Shown here piece by piece: positions 10,845 through 16,089 of a stretch of DNA of 16,089 bases. Within the stretch, counting starts at the first letter, position 1, and the number at the start of each line of letters is the position of its first letter. Position numbers and translations under genes: made by a program. Source of the DNA: a virus (Duplodnaviria; Heunggongvirae; Uroviricota; Caudoviricetes); the IMG/VR virus record IMGVR_UViG_2529293138_000003; one strand, 5' to 3'. Under the pieces are notes generated by a model. It worked only from the letters and a program-made list of their open reading frames with translations, did not search any database and was not told the origin of the DNA.

Positions 10845-13398
10845 ACCGGTAGGCGATCTGGTCGTTGATTTAAGTCTGGATGCGGCCAGATTTGACGAGC
10901 AGATGGCCAGAGTCAGGCGTCATTTTTCCGGTACGGAAAGTGATGCGAAAAAAACAGCGGCAGTCGTTGAACAGTCGCTGAGCCGACAGGCACTGGCTGC
11001 ACAGAAAGCGGGGATTTCCGTCGGGCAGTATAAAGCCGCCATGCGTATGCTGCCTGCGCAGTTCACCGACGTGGCCACGCAGCTTGCAGGCGGGCAGAGT
11101 CCGTGGCTGATCCTGCTGCAACAGGGTGGTCAGGTGAAGGACTCCTTCGGCGGGATGATCCCCATGTTCAGGGGGCTTGCCGGTGCGATCACCCTGCCGA
11201 TGGTCGGGGCCACCTCGCTGGCGGTGGCGACCGGTGCGCTGGCGTATGCCTGGTATCAGGGCAACTCAACCCTGTCCGATTTCAACAAAACGCTGGTCCT
11301 TTCCGGTAATCAGTCAGGTCTGACGGCAGATCGTATGCTGGTCCTGTCCAGAGCCGGGCAGGCGGCAGGGCTGACGTTTAACCAGACCAGCGAGTCACTC
11401 AGCGCACTGGTTAAGGCGGGGGTAAGCGGTGAGGCTCAGATTGCGTCCATCAGCCAGAGTGTGGCGCGTTTCTCCTCTGCATCAGGCGTGGAGGTGGACA
11501 AGGTCGCTGAAGCCTTCGGGAAGCTGACCACTGACCCGACGTCGGGGCTGACGGCGATGGCGCGCCAGTTCCATAACGTGACGGCGGAGCAGATTGCGTA
11601 TGTTGCTCAGTTGCAGCGTTCCGGCGATGAGGCCGGGGCATTGCAGGCAGCGAACGAGGCCGCAACGAAAGGGTTTGATGACCAGACCCGCCGCCTGAAA
11701 GAGAACATGGGCACGCTGGAGACCTGGGCAGACAGGACAGCGCGGGCATTCAAATCCATGTGGGATGCGGTGCTGGATATTGGTCGTCCTGATACCGCGC
11801 AGGAGATGTTGATTAAGGCAGAGGCTGCGTTTAAGAAAGCAGACGACATCTGGAATCTGCGCAAGGATGATTATTTTGTTAACGATGAAGCGCGGGCGCG
11901 TTACTGGGATGATCGTGAAAAGGCCCGTCTTGCGCTTGAAGCCGCCCGAAAGAAGGCTGAGCAGCAGAGTCAACAGGACAAAAATGCGCAGCAGCAGAGT
12001 GATACCGAAGCGTCACGGCTGAAATATACCGAAGAGGCGCAGAAGGCTTACGAACGCCTGCAGACGCCGCTGGAGAAATATACCGCCCGTCAGGAAGAAC
12101 TGAATAAGGCACTGAAAGACGGGAAAATCCTGCAGGCAGATTACAACACGCTGATGGCGGCGGCGAAAAAGGATTATGAAGCGACGCTGAAAAAGCCGAA
12201 ACAGTCCGGCGTGAAGGTGTCTGCGGGCGATCGTCAGGAAGACAGTGCTCATGCTGCCCTGCTGACGCTTCAGGCAGAACTCCGGACGCTGGAGAAGCAT
12301 GCCGGAGCGAATGAGAAAATCAGCCAGCAGCGCCGGGATTTGTGGAAGGCGGAGAGTCAGTTCGCGGTACTGGAGGAGGCGGCGCAACGTCGCCAGCTGT
12401 CTGCACAGGAGAAATCCCTGCTGGCGCATAAAGATGAGACGCTGGAGTATAAACGCCAGCTGGCTGCACTTGGCGACAAGGTTACGTATCAGGAGCGCCT
12501 GAACGCGCTGGCGCAGCAGGCGGATAAATTCGCACAGCAGCAACGGGCAAAACGGGCCGCTATTGATGCGAAAAGCCGGGGGCTGACTGACCGGCAGGCA
12601 GAACGGGAAGCCACGGAACAGCGCCTGAAGGAACAGTATGGCGATAATCCGCTGGCGCTGAATAACGTCATGTCAGAGCAGAAAAAGACCTGGGCAGCTG
12701 AAGACCAGCTTCGCGGGAGCTGGATGGCAGGCCTCAGGTCCGGCTGGAGCGAGTGGAAAGAGACTGCCACGGACAGTATGTCGCAGGTTAAAAGTGCTGC
12801 CACGCAGACCTTTGATGGTATTGCGCAGAATATGGCGGCGATGCTGACCGGCAGTGAGCAGAACTGGCGCAGCTTCACCCGTTCCGTGCTGTCCATGATG
12901 ACAGAAATTCTGCTTAAGCAGGCAATGGTGGGAATTGTCGGGAGTATCGGCAGCGCCATTGGCGGTGCTGCCGGTGGCGGCTCATCAGCGTCAGGTGGTA
13001 CAGCCATTCAGGCAGCTGCGGCGAAATTCCATTTTGCGACCGGAGGATTTACGGGAACCGGCGGCAAATATGAGCCAGCGGGGATTGTTCACCGTGGTGA
13101 GTTTGTCTTCACGAAGGAGGCAACCAGCCGGATTGGCGTGGGAAATCTTTACCGGCTGATGCGCGGCTATGCCACCGGCGGTTATGTCGGTACACCGGGC
13201 AGCATGGCGGACAGCCGGTCGCAGGCGTCCGGGACGTTTGAGCAGAATAACCATGTGGTGATTAACAACGACGGCACGAACGGTCAGATAGGGCCACAGG
13301 CACTGAAGGCTGTTTATGACGTAGCCCGTAAGGCGGCAATGGATGTTGTGACCGGGCAGATGCGCGATGGTGGTCTGTTCTCCGGAGGTGGACGATGA
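10837..13398 (+). CDS. H: Tail tape measure protein gpH (853 aa)
   Basis: ORF 10837..13398, Shine-Dalgarno aggaggag at 10822..10829; long coiled-coil-rich protein with an N-terminal hydrophobic stretch and a C-terminal Gly-rich region; length equals lambda gpH. Confidence 0.97.
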   Translation: MAEPVGDLVVDLSLDAARFDEQMARVRRHFSGTESDAKKTAAVVEQSLSRQALAAQKAGISVGQYKAAMRMLPAQFTDVATQLAGGQSPWLILLQQGGQVKDSFGGMIPMFRGLAGAITLPMVGATSLAVATGALAYAWYQGNSTLSDFNKTLVLSGNQSGLTADRMLVLSRAGQAAGLTFNQTSESLSALVKAGVSGEAQIASISQSVARFSSASGVEVDKVAEAFGKLTTDPTSGLTAMARQFHNVTAEQIAYVAQLQRSGDEAGALQAANEAATKGFDDQTRRLKENMGTLETWADRTARAFKSMWDAVLDIGRPDTAQEMLIKAEAAFKKADDIWNLRKDDYFVNDEARARYWDDREKARLALEAARKKAEQQSQQDKNAQQQSDTEASRLKYTEEAQKAYERLQTPLEKYTARQEELNKALKDGKILQADYNTLMAAAKKDYEATLKKPKQSGVKVSAGDRQEDSAHAALLTLQAELRTLEKHAGANEKISQQRRDLWKAESQFAVLEEAAQRRQLSAQEKSLLAHKDETLEYKRQLAALGDKVTYQERLNALAQQADKFAQQQRAKRAAIDAKSRGLTDRQAEREATEQRLKEQYGDNPLALNNVMSEQKKTWAAEDQLRGSWMAGLRSGWSEWKETATDSMSQVKSAATQTFDGIAQNMAAMLTGSEQNWRSFTRSVLSMMTEILLKQAMVGIVGSIGSAIGGAAGGGSSASGGTAIQAAAAKFHFATGGFTGTGGKYEPAGIVHRGEFVFTKEATSRIGVGNLYRLMRGYATGGYVGTPGSMADSRSQASGTFEQNNHVVINNDGTNGQIGPQALKAVYDVARKAAMDVVTGQMRDGGLFSGGGR

Positions 13399-13724
13399 AA
13401 ACCTTCCGCTGGAAAGTGAAACCCGGTATGGATGTGGCTTCGGCCCCTTCCGTAGGAAAGGTGCGCTTTGGTGATGGCTATTCCCAGCGAGCGCCTGCCG
13501 GGCTGAATGCCGACCTGAAAACGTACAGCGTGACGCTTTCTGTTCCCCGTTGGGAGGCCACGGCGCTTGAGTCGTTTCTGGCTGAGCACGGGGGCTGGAA
13601 ATCCTTTCTGTGGACGCCGCCTTATGGCTACCGGCAGATAAAGGTGACCTGCGCAAAATGGTCGTCGCGGGTCAGTATGTTGCGTGTTGAGTTCAGCGCA
13701 GAGTTTGAACAGGTGGTGAACTGA
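13395..13724 (+). CDS. M: Tail tip assembly protein gpM (109 aa)
   Basis: ORF 13395..13724; ATGA overlap with H; matches lambda gpM. Confidence 0.95.
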   Translation: MKTFRWKVKPGMDVASAPSVGKVRFGDGYSQRAPAGLNADLKTYSVTLSVPRWEATALESFLAEHGGWKSFLWTPPYGYRQIKVTCAKWSSRVSMLRVEFSAEFEQVVN

Positions 13725-14422
13725 TGCAGGATATCCGACAGGAAACACTGAATGAATGCACCCGTGCGGGGCAGTCGGCCAGCGTGGTGCTCTGGGAAAT
13801 CGATCTGACAGAGGTTGGTGGAGAACGTTATTTTTTCTGTAATGAGCAGAACGAAAAAGGTGAGCCGGTCACCTGGCAGGGGCGACAGTATCAGGCGTAT
13901 CCCATTCAGGGGAGTGGTTTCGAACTGAATGGCAAAGGCACCAGTACGCGCCCCACGCTGACGGTTTCTAACCTGTACGGTATGGTCACCGGGATGGCGG
14001 AAGATCTGCAGAGTCTGGTCGGCGGAACGGTGGTCCGGCGTAAGGTTTACGCCCGTTTTCTGGATGCGGTGAACTTCGTCAACGGAAACAGTGACGCCGA
14101 TCCGGAGCAGGAGGTGATCAGCCGCTGGCGCATTGAGCAGTGCAGCGAACTGAGCGCGGTGAGTGCCTCTTTTGTACTGTCCACGCCGACGGAAACGGAC
14201 GGCGCTGTTTTTCCGGGACGTATCATGCTGGCCAACACCTGCACCTGGACCTATCGCGGCGATGAGTGCGGTTATCACGGTCCGGCGGTCGCGGATGAAT
14301 ATGACCAGCCAACGTCCGATATCACGAAGGATAAATGCAGCAAATGCCTGAGCGGTTGTAAGTTCCGCAATAACGTCGGCAACTTTGGCGGCTTCCTTTC
14401 CATTAACAAACTTTCGCAGTAA
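13724..14422 (+). CDS. L: Tail tip protein gpL (232 aa), C-terminal cysteine cluster
   Basis: ORF 13724..14422; TGATG overlap with M; cysteines in ...CTWTYRGDECGYHG...DKCSKCLSGCKF... consistent with the known Fe-S cluster of gpL. Confidence 0.95.
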   Translation: MQDIRQETLNECTRAGQSASVVLWEIDLTEVGGERYFFCNEQNEKGEPVTWQGRQYQAYPIQGSGFELNGKGTSTRPTLTVSNLYGMVTGMAEDLQSLVGGTVVRRKVYARFLDAVNFVNGNSDADPEQEVISRWRIEQCSELSAVSASFVLSTPTETDGAVFPGRIMLANTCTWTYRGDECGYHGPAVADEYDQPTSDITKDKCSKCLSGCKFRNNVGNFGGFLSINKLSQ

Positions 14423-14427
14423 ATCCC

Positions 14428-15171
14428 ATGGCACAGACAGAATCAGCAATTCTGGCGCACGCCCGGCGATGTGCGCCAGCGGAGTCGTGCGGCTTCGTGG
14501 TAAGCACGCCGGAGGGGGAAAGATATTTCCCCTGCGTGAATATCTCCGGTGAGCCGGAGGCGTATTTCCGTATGTCGCCGGAAGACTGGCTGCAGGCAGA
14601 AATGCAGGGTGAGATTGTGGCGCTGGTCCACAGCCACCCCGGTGGTCTGCCCTGGCTGAGTGAGGCCGACCGGCGGCTGCAGGTGCAGAGTGATTTGCCG
14701 TGGTGGCTGGTCTGCCGGGGGACGATTCATAAGTTCCGCTGTGTGCCGCATCTCACCGGGCGGCGCTTTGAGCACGGGGGGACGGACTGTTACACGCTGT
14801 TCCGGGATGCTTATCATCTGGCGGGGATTGAGATGCCGGATTTTCATCGCGAGGATGACTGGTGGCGTCACGGTCAGAATCTCTATCTGGATAATCTGGA
14901 GGCCACAGGGCTGTATCAGGTGCCGTTGTCATCAGCACAACCGGGCGATGTGCTGCTGTGCTGTTTTGGTTCATCGGTGCCGAATCATGCCGCCATTTAC
15001 TGTGGTGATGGCGAGCTGCTGCACCATATTCCTGAACAACTGAGCAAACGAGAGAGGTATACCGACAAATGGCAGCGACGCACACACTCCCTCTGGCGTC
15101 ACCGGGCATGGCGCGCATCTGCCTTTACGGGGATTTGCAACGATTTGGCCGCCGCATCGACCTTCGTGTGA
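14428..15171 (+). CDS. K: Tail tip assembly protein gpK, long form of 247 aa with an MPN/JAB (JAMM) metalloprotease-like domain plus an NlpC/P60-like cysteine peptidase domain; alternative internal start at 14572 gives the 199-aa form annotated in lambda
   Basis: Continuous ORF from the ATG at 14428 (5 nt after the L stop). JAMM signature H-S-H-P-x6-S-x2-D (HSHPGGLPWLSEAD) with an upstream Glu in RCAPAESCGF; the C-terminal half carries Cys/His typical of NlpC/P60. The ATG at 14572 has a good Shine-Dalgarno (ggagg) but would cut off the N-terminal part of the JAB domain. Confidence 0.8.
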   Translation: MAQTESAILAHARRCAPAESCGFVVSTPEGERYFPCVNISGEPEAYFRMSPEDWLQAEMQGEIVALVHSHPGGLPWLSEADRRLQVQSDLPWWLVCRGTIHKFRCVPHLTGRRFEHGGTDCYTLFRDAYHLAGIEMPDFHREDDWWRHGQNLYLDNLEATGLYQVPLSSAQPGDVLLCCFGSSVPNHAAIYCGDGELLHHIPEQLSKRERYTDKWQRRTHSLWRHRAWRASAFTGICNDLAAASTFV

Positions 15172-15740
15172 AAACGGGGGCTGAAGCCATCCGCGCACTG
15201 GCCACACAGCTCCCGGTGTTTCGTCAGAAACTGAGCGACGGCTGGTATCAGGTACGGATTGCCGGGCGGGACGTCAGCACGTCCGGGTTAACGGCGCAGT
15301 TACATGAGACTCTGCCTGATGGCGCTGTGATTCATATTGTTCCCAGAGTCGCCGGGGCCAAGTCAGGTGGCGTATTCCAGATTGTCCTGGGGGCTGCCGC
15401 CATTGCCGGATCATTCTTTACCGCCGGAGCCACCCTTGCAGCATGGGGGGCAGCCATTGGGGCCGGTGGTATGACCGGCATCCTGTTTTCTCTCGGTGCC
15501 AGTATGGTGCTCGGTGGTGTGGCGCAGATGCTGGCACCGAAAGCCAGAACTCCCCGTACACAGACAACGGATAACGGCAAACAGAATACCTATTTCTCCT
15601 CCCTGGATAACATGGTTGCCCAGGGCAATGTTCTGCCGGTTCTGTACGGTGAAATGCGCGTGGGGTCACGCGTGGTTTCTCAGGAGATCAGCACGGCAGA
15701 CGAAGGGGATGGTGGTCAGGTTGTGGTGATTGGTCGCTGA
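15069..15740 (+). CDS. I: Tail tip assembly protein gpI (223 aa), overlaps the K 3' end by 103 nt in a different frame
   Basis: ORF 15069..15740; ubiquitin-like N-terminal region and Gly/Ala-rich hydrophobic middle, as in lambda gpI. Confidence 0.93.
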   Translation: MAATHTLPLASPGMARICLYGDLQRFGRRIDLRVKTGAEAIRALATQLPVFRQKLSDGWYQVRIAGRDVSTSGLTAQLHETLPDGAVIHIVPRVAGAKSGGVFQIVLGAAAIAGSFFTAGATLAAWGAAIGAGGMTGILFSLGASMVLGGVAQMLAPKARTPRTQTTDNGKQNTYFSSLDNMVAQGNVLPVLYGEMRVGSRVVSQEISTADEGDGGQVVVIGR

Positions 15741-15758
15741 TGCAAAATGTTTTATGTG

Positions 15759-15778
15759 AAACCGCCTCCGGGCGGTTT
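15759..15778 (+). other. Hairpin aaaccgcc-tccg-ggcggttt in the I-J intergenic region, terminator-like with a weak T-tail
   Basis: 8-bp stem (5 G:C plus 3 A:T) with a 4-nt loop, read directly; followed by ta-tcgtttatggag, which contains the J Shine-Dalgarno. Confidence 0.5.
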
Positions 15779-15800
15779 TATCGTTTATGGAGCATGACGA

Positions 15801-16089
15801 ATGGGTAAAGGCAGCAGTAAGGGGCATACCCCGCGCGAAGCGAAGGACAACCTGAAGTCCACGCAGCTGCTGAGTGTGATCGATGCCATCAGCGAAGGGC
15901 CGGTTGAAGGTCCGGTGAATGGATTAAAAAGCGTGCTGCTGAACAGTACGCCGGTGCTGGACAGTGAGGGGAATACCAATATATCCGGCGTCACGGTGGT
16001 GTTCCGGGCCGGTGAGCAGGAGCAGACACCGCCGGAGGGATTTGAATCCTCCGGCTCCGAGACGGTGCTCGGTACAGAAGTGAAATATG
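15801..16089 (+). CDS. J: Central tail fibre / host-specificity protein gpJ, N-terminal fragment (first ~96 codons; continues beyond the window)
   Basis: ATG at 15801 preceded by tggagcatgacga; translation MGKGSSKGHTPREAKDNLKSTQLLSVIDAISEGPVEGPVNGLKSVLLNSTPVLD... matches the lambda gpJ N-terminus; no stop before the window end. Confidence 0.9.
   Translation, partial: MGKGSSKGHTPREAKDNLKSTQLLSVIDAISEGPVEGPVNGLKSVLLNSTPVLDSEGNTNISGVTVVFRAGEQEQTPPEGFESSGSETVLGTEVKY

Noticed and set aside
12013-14449. A run of long minus-strand ORFs (12013..12543, 12489..13007, 12991..13656, 13628..14449; 172-273 aa) antisense to H, M and L
   Set aside because: They lie entirely inside well-supported + strand genes, have no Shine-Dalgarno or start context, and their Arg/Ser/Pro/Cys-rich translations are what is expected from the reverse complement of GC-rich, codon-biased coding sequence. 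Lambda has no genes on this strand here.

Overview
This window is a canonical lambdoid phage head-and-tail morphogenesis module, colinear gene for gene with the bacteriophage lambda left arm. It runs from the joined cohesive-end site (cos) through nu1-A-W-B-C/nu3-D-E-FI-FII-Z-U-V-G/G-T-H-M-L-K-I to the first 96 codons of J, all on the + strand. The first ~287 bp match the lambda right end, so cos is in its joined form, as in a prophage, circular or concatemeric genome. Protein lengths match lambda (from memory) almost everywhere; the differences I can see are C/Nu3 about 4 codons longer, FI one codon shorter, a divergent D N-terminus, and a K reading frame that is open from just after L. Genes are tightly packed or overlapping, so there is no room for an inserted cargo gene or defence system, and I find no support for a novel system here. 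There are no tRNA, rRNA, CRISPR or transposon signatures. The findings are therefore finer-scale: cos architecture, a likely longer K, a mosaic patch at the C/D junction, the G-T frameshift site and three intergenic hairpins. All lambda comparisons are from recall, not from an alignment.
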